A DNA stretch of 57,505 nucleotides, the filler included, from Sphacelaria rigidula (lineage: Eukaryota): assembly GCA_964200075.2 (NCBI GenBank). It is 7 parts of 7 records of this genome, joined end to end, with 100 filler letters (N's around TTAATTAATTAA, not from the genome) between each part and the next. Parts side by side here need not be neighbours in the genome. Positions count along the whole stretch, not along the records: positions 8,231 to 16,360 come from CAXNAA020012192.1; positions 16,461 to 24,590 come from CAXNAA020012193.1; positions 24,691 to 32,819 come from CAXNAA020012194.1; 4 more parts are not named here. One strand, written 5' to 3'. The notes beneath the pieces are model-generated. The model had not been told where the DNA came from. It saw nothing but the letters and a program-made list of their open reading frames with translations, and made no database searches. Both the position numbers and the translations under genes were made by a program. Positions 12,571 through 25,572 of this stretch are shown here, piece by piece (the stretch's first letter is position 1; each line of letters starts with the position of its first letter).

Positions 12571-13514
12571 CCCGCCGCATGTCTTAACCTGAGCGCAGAT
12601 CTGGGTTCGTGCCGCAACTTGGAGAGCCTGTACATGGGCACAAACAACGTAGTTTTCACTTGTGGCCTGTCCTTGCCGCCTGCCTGACCCATCTGTTGCC
12701 AACATAGCTTTACACTGTAGTGTTGTTGTGGAACAGAAAGCAGAGACACCGGTAGCGTGCAGTAGACTGTGGTCAGTGCAGAACGATGCACGCTCACTGT
12801 TTCCTGCCGCTGAGTCCAACGAAGATATACAACATACAAGAATCTGATACATTTTGACGTTGTCCGCACTTGAGTGCGGGTGGGTCTAAACTCGTGAGGG
12901 TTTCTCCTGTAGTATTTTCTCTATATTTGCGGAGTATCCAGTACACTTTAGGTCACAGACAGTAGGTCGTAGTGTCAATTGTATTATCAGTGTCTAGTCC
13001 CACACTAAATACAGTATGATTCCTCCTCAGGGCGATAAGTCCTCTAGTCCTTTGATCCCAACCCAATTATGTGCAAACCGAGACACAGCATGCAGCACTA
13101 CAACTTTTCAGGCAGTCTCCAGCGCACATCGCACCGTGATCGTCATAGAGTGTTTAGATGCACAACAGCACAGCTACAACTACAGCATAGAAATGATGAG
13201 TGTGGGAAGCGCCTTGTTCGTTTGACTCGAGACGAAATAGCCAACACACCATGAAGGCGTCAACAACAGTGTCTAAAGGGCACCCGCCGCATTTCTCAAC
13301 CTGCGCGCAGATCTGGGTTCGTGCCGCAACTTGGATAGCCTTACATGGGCACAAACAACGTACTTTTTCCTTGTGGCCTGTCCTTGCCGCCTGCCTGACC
13401 CCTCTGTTGCCATCACAGCTTCATACTGTAGTGTCGTTGTGGAACACTAAGCAGAGACACCAGTAGCGTACAGCAGACTGTGTTCAGCGCAGAACGATGC
13501 ACGCTTACTGTTTC
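12571..13514. repeat. Direct repeat pair of ~230 bp (12571-12803 and 13283-13514)
   Basis: Colinear sequence GCGCAGATCTGGGTTCGTGCCGCAACTTGGA...GCAGAACGATGCACGCT in both copies, with scattered substitutions. Confidence 0.9.
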
Positions 13515-13761
13515 TTGAATCTTTTGCGGTAGCTGGTGCAGTATCAGCAGCATCTTTCGTGCCAGTAGATGTACGCGGCTGGGGGTGGGTCTGAATCAGC
13601 CGCTGTCGATACTGCTGCTGCTGCTGCTGCTACCTTTTTTCCTCGTGAGAGAGACGGTCCGCGTTTCGATCGTGCTACAATCCCCACGCACCTTGCGCAA
13701 ATGCAACCTACATACGTACACTAGATTAAAGTATGTGGGAAGGGTCACGTTTTGGGCAGTC

Positions 13762-14550
13762 TTTTGAAAAGTTCGGCTTGTTTTTTTGAAAGTTCTGATT
13801 GGTTCTGAAAATTAATTCTGAAAAAAAAACGAGACAGTTTTCTGTCACAGAAATCCAATGCCGAATCTAAAATGGCCTGAGACAACAACCAATTTGAAAA
13901 TTGGAATACAGACATATTTCTAAATACCACGTTATTAGCAAGGCATGTGATCATGTTGAAAGTGGTGAATTTATTATTCGCCGCGAAGAAGTGGTCATCA
14001 TTCCCGACAGTTCCGGCACTTCGACGTCGAAAAGTGACCATCAAAACACTAGGACCGTGAACTGGCAGCTCTGGGCAGTACATCGATGTTTTTCCCGTTG
14101 ATCGGCTTCGTCCCCGCCCCCGCCCCCGCCCCCGGTGCGGGAGCACCGCGGAGGCAAGAAAATTACGGTAGTTGGCTTGTTGTCCCTTCAAAAATGTTTA
14201 TAGTTGTAACACATGCGACCTCTCACATTGAAGAGCTAAGGAGCTAAAAATTGCATTACAATACCGTTCGAAGTGGTGAGCGATTCGAAAACCATTCATC
14301 TCTAGCATGCAGCAGCAGAGATCCTCCATGAGAAGCGGAGGATGGGAACAAGGAAGCCAAGGCTGGCAGCACGAGGGGATGAGAGCGCAAAATTATTCAC
14401 GTCCGGGCCACCAAACATGCATGCAGTCGAATAGAGAGCCATGGTGTATTTTGTATAGATTTCTCTGCTTCGCATCGCGCTTCCAATTTTCCTACCCTTT
14501 CTTAGATTGGAATGGAATGGAAAAGGGACAGAACAGACAGACGCCCTCAC
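13762..14550. repeat. Dispersed modular repeat (module B ~13762-13910, module A ~14463-14550)
   Basis: Module B (TCACAGAAATCCAAT...GCCTGAGACAACAACCAATTTGAAAATTGGAATAC) recurs at ~36838-36960. Module A (CTGCTTCGCATCGCRCTTCCAATTTTCCT...GGGACAGAA...GACGCCCTCA) recurs at ~12325 (partial), ~35695 and ~37208. Confidence 0.85.
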
Positions 14551-14615
14551 AGTGTTGTTCCTTTTCGATACCGAAATATGGAGGCTTTGATCACGGTGAG
14601 GTGTACGTTCTACTA

Positions 14616-15563
14616 CCCTAAGTTGCTCTGTGATGGCACAGGGGTGCGATCGATTTATAATTGTTTTCGAACTCCTTTTTTCGCACAGGGGTCGTGAGAA
14701 CGCACCCCTGTGCGAACACCGCGCCCCCTGTGCGAAAATCGAAATAAATACTTTGGTACTGCTTTTCCATCGCACACCCCTGTGCCATCTCAACGACATG
14801 TGCGATATTGAGTAAATAATTTCGATGACACCAGAGTCTTTGAACGCACACCCTGTGCGATAACCCCGCCATGTGCGATACTGAGTAAATCTCCGCCGGT
14901 GTGAAGGGACAATCTGCAACAGTAGCACTACTGCCGTAGAAACACGATGTGAAGATGCCTGAAACATAGCAAGTGCACACGGGCACACAGCCACAGCACG
15001 ACAGCATCAAGCACACCGCACGAGCCTCCGGTAGTTGTCGTGGTACCGGTATACCGTTACACGAAATGTCGAAGAGAGAGACGAGGTTGATTGCAAGAAA
15101 TATCGTTCGGTGCCAGTACGCGTTTGCTTTCGGGCTTTGTTCTTTCCGTCGGCGTTGGCGTTTGGTGAAATATTTCGGCTTTGGTGGTTTCATCTAAGAG
15201 GTGCACGACGAGAACTTGAGTAAAATTAATAGAAAAATAAAACCACTCCGCATGTTTTTTGTGTCTGCACTGCCACACCGCAGTGCGTAGTCCAGACAAG
15301 CCCCATGACGAGTGGAATAAAGACAAAATCGTGGCAACTCAGGCTGTCCGCCCCAAAGACCTATCCGCGCGCACGCGTCCTCACGCCCAGAAGGTGGCTG
15401 AGACGCATTTTATCCTTGAGATCACACCACTGTGCGAAAGCAACGCCCCCTGTGCGAAAAAACGACTAAATGATTTCAAACCGTGTTTTTGATCGCACAG
15501 GGGTGCGTTCTCACGACCCCTGCGCGAAATTCACGCCCTGCGCGATCACAGAGCAACTTACGG
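14616..15563. mobile_element. Non-autonomous Tc1/mariner-superfamily (pogo-like) element / MITE
   Basis: TIRs CCCTAAGTTGCTCTGTGAT and ATCACAGAGCAACTTACGG, flanked by TA at 14614-15 and 15564-65. A second inverted block (TCGCACAGGGGTCGTGAGAACGCACCCCTGTGCGA) and many CCCTGTGCGA subterminal motifs are present. Confidence 0.8.
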
Positions 15564-15821
15564 TAGTTGAAGTCATGTTGCGCACTTTCAATTATCTCGA
15601 GCTCAGACAGGAGGTCATCGTGGGAAGAGGGTTGGGCACTGTTAGCTTCAACAGCTCGCTTCACGGGCGATGCCGCACATGAGAGAAAGCTGCATGACGC
15701 ATGACATTCGTCACGGTGTAATGCGTGAGAGGACCGCGCCGTAGTTCGAAACACCTCAGGATCGACGTTTTTCGAAACCAATCAAGTCAGTCCCTGGAGA
15801 ACCACGCCCCTGACCATAACT

Positions 15822-15857
15822 CTAACACCAACCCTAACCCTAACCCTAACCCCAACC
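15822..15857 (-). repeat. Short degenerate interstitial telomere-like (CCCTAA)n tract
   Basis: CTAACACCAACCCTAACCCTAACCCTAACCCCAACC. Confidence 0.7.
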
Positions 15858-17265
15858 ATAGGGATGTTGAAATTCTGATGCGTTCCTCTAAGCACGCGGT
15901 CCTCTCACGCATTACAACGGCACACGTTGCAAGCGTTTTTTGCTGAACAGATTCATGTATCCACTAGAAAAGGGCGAGTTAGGGCCTGTCTTGACACTTT
16001 TTTTTCGATCGAAAAAATGAGGCGGTGGAATCGACCTCAGCGAAAATGTCTCGTTTTGATGCAGTTGGGTCCGGATGGATTTTCAAGCTTTCGATCGAAA
16101 AAAGATGGTGAAATTCGTGAAACGGTACATGGTCTGTACTGTTTGCACTGCTTGCAAGGAGGGTGTCTCAGCCTACTTGAGTGCGTGTGTGCGTGCTTCG
16201 TGCAGGAGAAGATAAAGGGGAAGCGGACAATGTGCAGTGCAGAAAGACTATTAGTTCTCTCTGTTTACAGTCCGACTTGAAAATAACTTCAGCAACGTGC
16301 AGCTTTGTACTGCCTGCACTGTCCAGGAGCGTGCACGCAACTCGGTTGCCCACCGTACCGNNNNNNNNNNNNNNNNNNNNNNNNNNNNNNNNNNNNNNNN
16401 NNNNTTAATTAATTAANNNNNNNNNNNNNNNNNNNNNNNNNNNNNNNNNNNNNNNNNNNNCCGATTGTTTTTGTATTCTTCCCTTCAACATTTATTCGAT
16501 CTCCCCCCCCCCCCCTTCCCCGTGGGTCCCCCCCCCCCCCCCACCACCACCACCACCACCACCACCACGGTGTTCCCCGTGCACTCGCGCACGCCTTTTC
16601 CCAGCAAGCTGTTGGTTTTATCGGCCACCCAAAAAAATGCGATGTTTCACCAACGAGCATGCAGTAACGCATCTTGTTTTAATGAAATTCTTGAAACCTG
16701 CGTGTTCCGCTTGCTTCTCTCCGCACAAACGTTGTGGACCGCACTGAACGCGTCGAAGTTGCCGTCTCTATCGTCTCTATGAAGATGATTCTCAAACCTT
16801 GGAATACGCCTGCCGCCCCCTTTTACAAGGTGGGGGCTTCTCGAAGGTACGAGCGTAATTGAACGAACCGGGGCGTTCGCATCACTTTTCTCGTGGAAGG
16901 GGGGGAGCGTTGATGACCAGTATGGCTCGGGCGAGGAGCCTGTGATCTAGTCATACAACTGCCACATGGTTGAGACTTGGAGACAAGCGCAAGGCTGACG
17001 CCAATCATTTGATCGTCCTTTCTTTATTCCTAGCAAAGTTACGCATGCAGAGAAATAAAAGCGAGGTGACCAGAGTACCGCAAACAGGTGGTGGCACGTT
17101 TTACCTGCGACATGGTACAGGGACCCTGCCCCTTTTTTCCCCCTCCCAACGAACGCTGTTGCCGTCTGTACACGCTGCTGCATGGTTGTGTACACCGCAC
17201 ACCACCTTGTACAAACCTTTTTCCGGGAAGGGTCGACATCTCAGAGCTGTAGTCAGGTGTGGTAG

Positions 17266-20200
17266 AATATCATCCCCGGGCAACTAGCACTTCTGATACC
17301 CCTTCATCACGCGGAATACCTCGCTCAGGTTGCGGAAGCCGTGGACGACGTTCTACTTTCCATGCCCTGCGGATACTGGATGCCCCGCGCACCGCGGCTT
17401 GAGATCGGCAACGCGTGGCCATTTAAGGTGCATTTTCCAGGGCTACATACCACGACATTCGTTGCATGTGTAGTAGTCCCCGTTCCCCCCTCCCCCCCTC
17501 TTTCCGTCTCGGAAGGGATGCGTGGTCAATGTTCACACGACTAAGTCAAGCAACAAATGAGTACGCCCGCTCCCCCCCCTCTCCCTCCGCCTTCTATGCT
17601 TCGTCTCGAAAGGGATCCATGATCAGTGGCCAAACGACTAAGGCGAACAGCCAATGAGTACGCCCCCCGCCCCTCTCTAGAAATATTTTCTTCATAGTTG
17701 CACCTGCTAGGTCTGTTTGGGTATACATTTGTGGTTTTCCACGTCCTGTGGCCACGGCTGGATCCCTTGAGGACCAGTTAGTGTGCTGCCACCAATCAGT
17801 CGATGAAGAGCCTGATAACACTCGAGACACCGTCGAATACTCACGCAGCATTTTTCGCCACTTGATGAACTGCTGAGAGTTCTGTATACCCCTTGAAGGT
17901 CCCCTTTGCGGGAGGTATATTTCGTGAGTCAGCATTGGTTTCCCAGATTTCAATACGGAAAACAAGGGAAGCGGAAAAGAACGCAAGATCGGGTAGATCA
18001 CAATAAGAATGATAGTAAAGAAAAAAAAAACATGACGTTGGCACTGTGAAGCACCTGTCTTTGCGTCTCTGAATTAAAATGTCCACCAGTGTTTTTTCCT
18101 TCTCTGTTCACTTCTCTTGGGTGGTTCGACTGAACGATGCCGTCAGAACCGTCCTTCGTTTTTGTCTTGTGTTTTTTATTGCAGAGGCTGCGGAGGAAAT
18201 TGCCGTCACCCTCAACGCCAGAAGGGGCCGGTTCTGTCGAGTGCGGGCTGGATAGAAGGTACTCCGCCAGCCATCACGGCGCTGCTGTTGCGGACGCCCA
18301 ATCGACCCACACCAGCGCGAGCAACAGAAGCACAAGTCACGTCAACGCAAGCAACAGCGGCAGCATCGAAAAAGCTGCGGCGAACCCCAAGCAAAATTCA
18401 AACCCTAACCCCAACCCTGGTGCCCCGGCGCTGGATTCGCGCGGTAAGGCCGTGGCACGGCTTAATCTCGCGGTCGCCGTGATGATGACAGACTACAACA
18501 ACGCGAGGAAGTCGATCCTCTACGGCTTGGACGAACATTGTCGACCCTTGGAAGACAGCAGCCGACTCTCTCGTTCGACGTCGCGAACTGTGACGATGTC
18601 AGCGAAACCGGGTGCGGAGCAGCAGCTGCAGAAGGAGGCTGAAGCGGGTGGAGGTCGAGAGAACGCAGGTGACGGAAGCAGCCTCGTGGAAGAAGAATCC
18701 CTTCCTGAAACGTAAGTAGCGTAGGGCTTGTATCTTGGATACGTTGTGACGTTGTTGTCCCAGAAATTATGTCGTGCGGGGTACCTCGGGGGCTGTTTGG
18801 TTCTGAAACAAATTCAAGCCCGCCTTATATTTTCTTTGTTCACAGCATGGACGTTTTGCGCTTGCGCTGGGTGGGATGTATGGCCTCATGTGACTTTCAC
18901 TGAGAATCTACGCAGCACAGTGTTGACGAACAATGAGAACAGCCCATTGATTTTCGTCTCCCTATCCATTTGCCGAGTAAAGACGGGAGGCGCCCATCTG
19001 CAATATCACTCCCACCTGCCCTAATGGAGTCAAGTACTGGTGCATCATCATCGTACTCTTGATCGTCGTTATTTTGACGCCACGTACCCATGCTGCTCTG
19101 TGTACACTTCGTCTCCTATGGAAAAACATATCCAACAGCTCATCCCAATCTCGAGCGGGCGTTTCCTTCCAAGATCTCGCGGCGCTTACCAGGCGGCCGA
19201 TGCCGTCTTCCACCTCACCACCACCCCGTCTCTCCTCGGGCAGGGGGGACAGGGAATCGTACTCGCCTTTGCTGAAGGACGGCAGGGGCGGGAATGAAGA
19301 TGAGGATGATGTGTGGGGGGGTGGCGGCAACGTGGACTACAGTGAAGACGAGGGTGTCCCGAATCACGTCCTGGTCATGCGGGAGCGGGTAAAATTGGGA
19401 AGCGCGGCGACCATGGCCAGAGGTGCCTTTATTTTTTGTCTGGCTGGGCTGTGCGGCACGCTCACCGAGGAGACGAACAATTCCAATTGGTGTGTAAAAT
19501 GAGTAGGTGTTTGGTGTCTGTTTCGGTGGAGACTGTTGCTTCTATCAGCTCGACAGTACAGCCGCGTTATTTTAGGAGTATACTGACTGCACTCTGAGAT
19601 CGTGTACGGAAACAGTACTCTGCGGGAAAATGAAGGGAGTACCAAGGTTTGAGCGTGTTTCGTGCATCTTGCGCGCAGGATGTTTGATCTACTGCGGAGC
19701 ATTTTGCTTGTTTTCGTACACGAGCTCAGAGTCCTTTGCACAGTTGTGGTATAAATCAACAACCGAAACTCACGGTCTATTTTTGTTCATGTCCGTCCAT
19801 CGAATAAGCATTGGGTATTTTTCGACATGTTTCGTTTTTAATATGTCGTCTCATAACGGGCCCCTAGAACATGAAACAAAAAACAGACAAGCGAAAAATA
19901 CCATGTTTTGAAAATGCGCGAATACAGGCGACGACGAAGAGACCCGGTAGCAGCAGTGGAATTCTTTCTTGACGGCCTGTGGATCGGCCTCCGGCCGCCA
20001 CCCGGCATGCTAACGTTAATATTTTTGACCGGACGCTACCTCTCCAAGAACATTACGCGCCTTTTCCGCCGCGGCTGGTCCCATTGCTTCTGCTATGGAC
20101 GCGTACAAAAAGACGACCGAAGTTGTCAAGAAACTACTCTGGAGCCTCCTGAAGCACCTAGGGCCGATGATCCCGAAGGTGGAGGTGTCAGGGGTGTGGT

Positions 20201-23200
20201 TGGCGGGATAGGCGAGGGGCGATCGCCATCGTTGTCGTGGTGTGCCGAGGGTCGAAGGTTGCTCCTGGTATGTGCAAAAAGCGACATCTTGTGGGCCTTC
20301 AAGGTGAGAAAAATGAACCCGTGCTTGAGTACTTTTATAGAACCAGACGAAGGAGGGTGTGGCACATAGTGTATACAGCATACATGACTATCGTGCGTAT
20401 CGGGAGTTGGCACGTGTGTTGGACGCGGGGAAAAAGGAAGTAAAGAGCGGTGTTCTTTTTTCACACATGGACCACTTCTTTTTCTTTTTTCTCTGGGCGT
20501 TTAGTCCGTGCCCCGGTTGTCCAGTGGGTGGTATCACCAAAGCCAGCAGGGCGAGATGATACAGGTTCGATTCCCTGCAAATCCCTTGGGGTATTTTTCT
20601 GAGAAGTTTTTGATTTCCGTCGTTGAACACCTGAGGGCGGGAGTGACAAAAAATAGCTTGTATGATGAGAGTCGACGGGGTGCGGGAATGCGAATCCTAT
20701 GTGCGGTACCCGGATGCAAGGCGTGTCCCGGGGGGGAGAAGAGTGTATTGTCCCTTGAGACTTCGGACTCGTTCCGAGGAACAGGAGGAGTTGAAAGTGT
20801 GACAGCAACAAGAAGAGAAACGGTACTGTAGAAGTGTCGCCGATGATTGACCAGTGAAGGTATTTGTTCCCGGGTGATTTGACCAGATTTGTTTTGCACG
20901 CTTTTCATTTACAGTCACGGGTATTCGCTAGAAGCGCTCTTGTGGGTACGACACGAGGTGCTACCACGAGTACTTGGCTCCAAGGCCTTGAAGGACACGT
21001 CTTTCAAGGTACACCACGCAACCTGAAATTTTACGCCGCAAGCTATCCGTAACTACCCTGCCTCCGCCCAACCTCCCTCGTAATGATACGGGGTAGCTAC
21101 AAGAGTAGTGGAACGAGCCGAGGTTCAAATCCCACCTGCCCCTCTCTGCCCACCCACGCTCCCGCCCACCCACCCGCCGGTTATGCCACTTGCTCCACAC
21201 CCTCTCCAGGTATCGTTGACTGTGACCCTATGCGCAATATTCGCTATCTCGGGATATCTGAGCGATATTTTCAGGCCAGCCGTCTGGATTCCGGTAACGG
21301 CCGCGTTTTTGATGGCAGACAAGGACTCCAGCGCCGCATCTACGTGCCTTCTCAGATTGGTGGGCACTGTTTTGGTGAGAGAGATTTCGTGCTGTGTTGC
21401 GATGCGTTGTGCTGTGCAGTTTTCTGCCATTTCAGATGGTGCGTGAATTCGTTATCTCGGCAGAACTGGCGTCTCCTTTCCGCCTTTGTACCATGCGGTA
21501 GTCTAGTGTTCGATTTCGCGTAGTGTGCCATCCGAGGGCGTGTTCGGTAGGGTTTACACTCTTTAGTACCCGGGAATAATACTCGCGTATTTACTCTACC
21601 CAATGTGTGGGTAGGTTGGGTACGGCGTCAAATACTCTACCCCATTATTGAGTAGAGTTGGGTATTTCAATATTCTACCCAAATGATGGGTAGAGTTGGG
21701 TGCGATTCCAATCCTCTACCCAGATACTGGGTAAATAGTCTCATCAACACCTGGGTGTAGAAAATCACTTGGGTATGACCTCAATACTCTACCCAACAAT
21801 TGGGTAGAGTTGGGTATGATCATGATACTCAACCGAAAATTGCGGTAGAGTTAGGTATGATCTCAATATCTACCCAATCATTTGGTAAGTAATCCAGTAG
21901 TAATCGGGTATATAGTGTCACTCGGGTATGACTTCAATATTTTACTCAAATTTTGGATGGAGTCGGGTGCGATCTCAATACTGCACCCAAATTTAGAGTA
22001 ATTTTGGTACGATTTCCATACTCCACCCGAATATTGGGTAAGTAATCGCAGTGACCCTGACCGTCGGTGACTGAGGTCACTTTACAGACTACCTTGACTG
22101 CGAGGGCGAATGATGACCACCGGGGGGAAAGCGTGTAGTTCCGTCACCCCGCACATGATAATTCCGATTCGTGGCCAGATTTCGGCTTTCAGTACAGAGC
22201 GGCCACTGCCTTGTTTCGTGAATATCAGTAGATGGATAGGGGGAGTATAAAAGAAGCGACAATGCGGACCACGCTACCGAAACCATTGCAGACAGAGCAG
22301 TCGGTATCCTGTAGTGCAGGACAGCGCAGTGCTGTCTGAACAAAAATGTAACCGTACGACGTAGTTGGATCAATTTCACGTATATGTTGCACTGCTTGTA
22401 CTTCTGTCCTGTCCTGTCCTGTCCTACACCATCCTGACTGCATTGCTTAGTAGTTATCTCGTTGGTGTGTGGTGTCTGAAACCTATACTTGTGAGAACAA
22501 AAGAACACAATATAACAAAGATTGAAGTTGATTTTGTGTGTAGGATCGGTAGACGCATGAATGCGGGGTTTTCGAAACCTTGGATACAAATGTAAGTTAC
22601 AACCAGATATGCCTGGTAGAGTAAATACCTGTGAATACCCAGGCATAATACCCGAATAATTACTCTAGCCAACGTTTGGGTAGATTGGATACGACCTCCA
22701 ATACTTTACCCAAATATTGGGTACCAATACCCGGGTACAGAGTATCACTTGGGTATGGCCTCAAAACTCTACTCAAGTTTTGGGTAGAGTTGGGTATAAT
22801 CTCAATCCTCTACCCATAATTCGGGTAGTTTTCTCGGCAATAGCTGGGTATGGAGTATCACTCGAGTATGACCTCAATACTACTCTCAATCTTCGAGTGA
22901 ATTGGGTACGGTCTCTCATACTGTACCCAAATCTGGGGTATTTTGAGTGCAATCTCAATACTCTACTCGAATACTTCGAGTGCTAAAAGTACGACTTTTC
23001 GAAGTACCCGGGAGTCGGTCATGGCCTACCCACACGTCCGTGGTGCCGTCAACAATGAAGAAATGCACACTGTCATGTTCGATCGCCTGTGTGGCGTGCT
23101 CGCGCATATGTTACATACGCTTGGGGAGGCTGCGAAAAAGTGATTGCGCATTTCCATCTTGTCGTTGTTGGTGATGATTTATGTACATGGTAGACGACGT

Positions 23201-24130
23201 CCCGGAGTGAATTGACGGGATGCAGTGATAATTTTCTAGTGACGCGAGCGAAAATGAGAGCTTTTGAGCGATGTTATAAAGTTGCCAAACTTGTGCTCCT
23301 GCGGGGTCTTGTCGTACTTTAGCTCTGATTGAGATCCAAAATGCCCACCGTCCGTCGGCGTTGGCAAATCAGGGGGCGGTGTACGGGATTCTAGCGGTGA
23401 AACTTCTGGGATCCTCACAAGATGATCCCTACAGCTGGCAAGCACACGCCATAATCCTTCCGTGGGTGAGTGTCTCCTGTCGAGCAGAGGTCAAGGGCAC
23501 GGTTCGTAATGCCGCACGTTTACAGTAGAGCGCTTTGGACGCGCGTTTTTCTTACATAGAGTACAGCAGACTACGAGCGCGACGAGTCGTACGTGACTTG
23601 TAGTGCACATGTGTACACACTGACGGGTGCATTGACGATCGCTGATTGCACAGACCTACTGTGACCATTATCTACTGTTGTTCAACCGCTGGCGGTGTCA
23701 TCGTCGTCGTCGTCGTCGTTGTTGTTGTTGTTGTTGGATACTTGAAGTAAGGTCATCATCCAGAGGGGCTGCCGTTGGCCTAGAGCCACTTATTGATTGA
23801 CCCACGCAGCTTGTTGACACCACGAATGCCTACTGGCTGTGCAAGGTTTACAGAAATATGGAGGAAGCACCGCTTTCTACTTGTGAAAAAACAGAGCGAT
23901 TTGTGTTATTGACACCCGTGCCCCCTGCAACACACAGGTAGCGATAACCTGCTTCTTTCGAAACAGCAGTTCCTTCGCGTACGCCGCGCTGGTGGCTGCT
24001 TTCACGGCGGTGGTGATGTTCACGGGGGCTTCCACGGTACTAGGGGCCGACGGGGAGGCGGTATCTCTCGCGCGAATCACCAACACCGTCATCGGCATTT
24101 GTATCTACCTCACGGTTGACACTCTCCTCG
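17266..24130 (+). CDS. FUSC/ALMT-like (aromatic acid exporter family) membrane protein, partial spliced gene
   Basis: Phase-consistent exons: ~17266-17427 (tentative), 18185-18711, 19139-19422, 20113-20303, 21210-21374, 23373-23465, 23938-24130. Spliced product ...WAFK|VSLTVTLCAIF...AVWIPVTAAFLM...TCLLRLVGTVL|GAVYGILAV...ILPW|VAITCFFRNSSSFAYAALVAAFTAVVM...SLARITNTVIGICIYLTVD matches the FUSC/ALMT transmembrane pattern (W-T, R-xx-GT-xx-G, Y-xxxxxxx-T, R-xxx-T-xIG). Confidence 0.82.
20504..20820 (+). mobile_element. Putative tRNA-derived SINE in an intron (3' end approximate)
   Basis: Starts GTGCCCCGGTTGTCCAGTGGG (A-box-like), followed by GGTTCGATTCCC (B box). Shares the GCCCCGGT start with the 8231-8345 head. 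Confidence 0.5.
21533..23042. mobile_element. Non-autonomous hAT-like element with long subterminal repeat arrays (intronic)
   Basis: Imperfect TIRs CGAGGGCGTGTTCGGTAGG and CCTACCCACACGTCCGTG. 8-bp flanks GTGCCATC (21525-32) and GTGCCGTC (23043-50) match 7/8. Arrays of GGGTAGAGTTGGGTATGATCTCAATACTCTACCCAA-like units at ~21590-22040 and ~22640-22980. Confidence 0.65.
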
Positions 24131-25572
24131 GTGTGTAACCCGCCCACCCGTCACATTTTCACAATCGGACCTCAGGACCCCCTTCCCCCCCTCTTCCCAA
24201 CCTCCACATGTTATCAACTCCACTTGACCCCAAACCAGACGCCTCAACAAAGTCACATTCTTGAAGGGTTTCGACGATAAATCTCGTGGTGTTTCTTTCC
24301 CTGCAGGTTCTGAGAAATACGTCAAGCTGGAAGTGAGCAGAGAGTGGGTGAAGGGAAGTTCTGACCGGTCTATGTGTGTACGTGGTAGCTGGCTCATTGT
24401 GACTCGAATGTCCAAGGCTTCGTTCAAACCAGGGATTGTTGCGTCGTGGATTGCACCATGGATAATTGTTTCACCTTTCGCGTCTTGAATATTCGAAGCG
24501 CATTTGCTCACCCATTCACCCACCCCCCCCCCCCATGCAGATAGCCTGGTCCGGCGAGAACCCGGCGTGCTCCGTCCCGGCTTTGTAGGGNNNNNNNNNN
24601 NNNNNNNNNNNNNNNNNNNNNNNNNNNNNNNNNNTTAATTAATTAANNNNNNNNNNNNNNNNNNNNNNNNNNNNNNNNNNNNNNNNNNNNATTGCTTTCG
24701 AGACAGAGCACTGTCCCTACTCCTGATAGAGACCCGGGGGGGGGGGGGGGGGGGGGAAGATGAGAGTGTCTGACCGATATGGGCGACCGTACTTGAGCAA
24801 TAACATCAACAGAAGTTGAGAACTCTTATGCCCCCACGGAAGACTGGCAACCGCGGGCGCTGTGCCTATGCTCTGGGTGTCAAGCGTCGATCCGTAGATG
24901 TAGTGTGTAGTACACACAGGTTGATAGTCCTCGAGAAAGTGAGTCTCTGCTTGATTACCGGACAGCTACCAAGCTGTTTATCGTCGGGGTTGGCCTCTCG
25001 TAGATGTTACCTAGGGAACCGAAGGGCCGGGACCCCAGGGGCGTCACTAGCGTGCTCTCCACATAACGAACGTCTACTGGTTATAAAAGGCGCTGCGGCA
25101 ATGATACGATGTCAACCTCCGTTTGCGTGGTAGTGTTTTTACTCTCTTTTTGCGTAGTCTCCCGCCGTGAGGACTCAACAATTGAAAAGAACGTGCGCGG
25201 CCAGCGACGATGGAGTATTTTCATGTAGGGCAGGCAAGGTACGGACATGGGTAATGCATGGTGTCCACACTCCAAGCATCCTGAAATACTCAGTATTGTT
25301 GGCAGATAATACTGTACTGATCCTGGAATATTCAGTTTTCCCGCCAGTCGATCTTCCAGGTGCCGTAGGGTCCTCAGTACTGCAGTACTGCAAGTGCTCC
25401 GTATTCCGACAACCCGAGGTGTAAAATACAGGTTTGTCTTCCATGCATGTAACGCACATCACCATAACCATTATTGTCGTCCCCCCTCCCCCCTCCCCCG
25501 CCACCGCCTCCGTGCCTCGAATGCATACACCAGCAATTGCGCCAATGCCTTCATGCCCGAGCCGCCGCCCAG

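Noticed and set aside
21085..21135. Third tRNA-like element (GGTTCAAATCCC)
   Set aside because: B-box-like motif only, with no clear A box or fold.
21590..22980. CRISPR-like palindromic repeats
   Set aside because: Units are contiguous and degenerate with no unique spacers; they are subterminal repeats of a hAT-like element.
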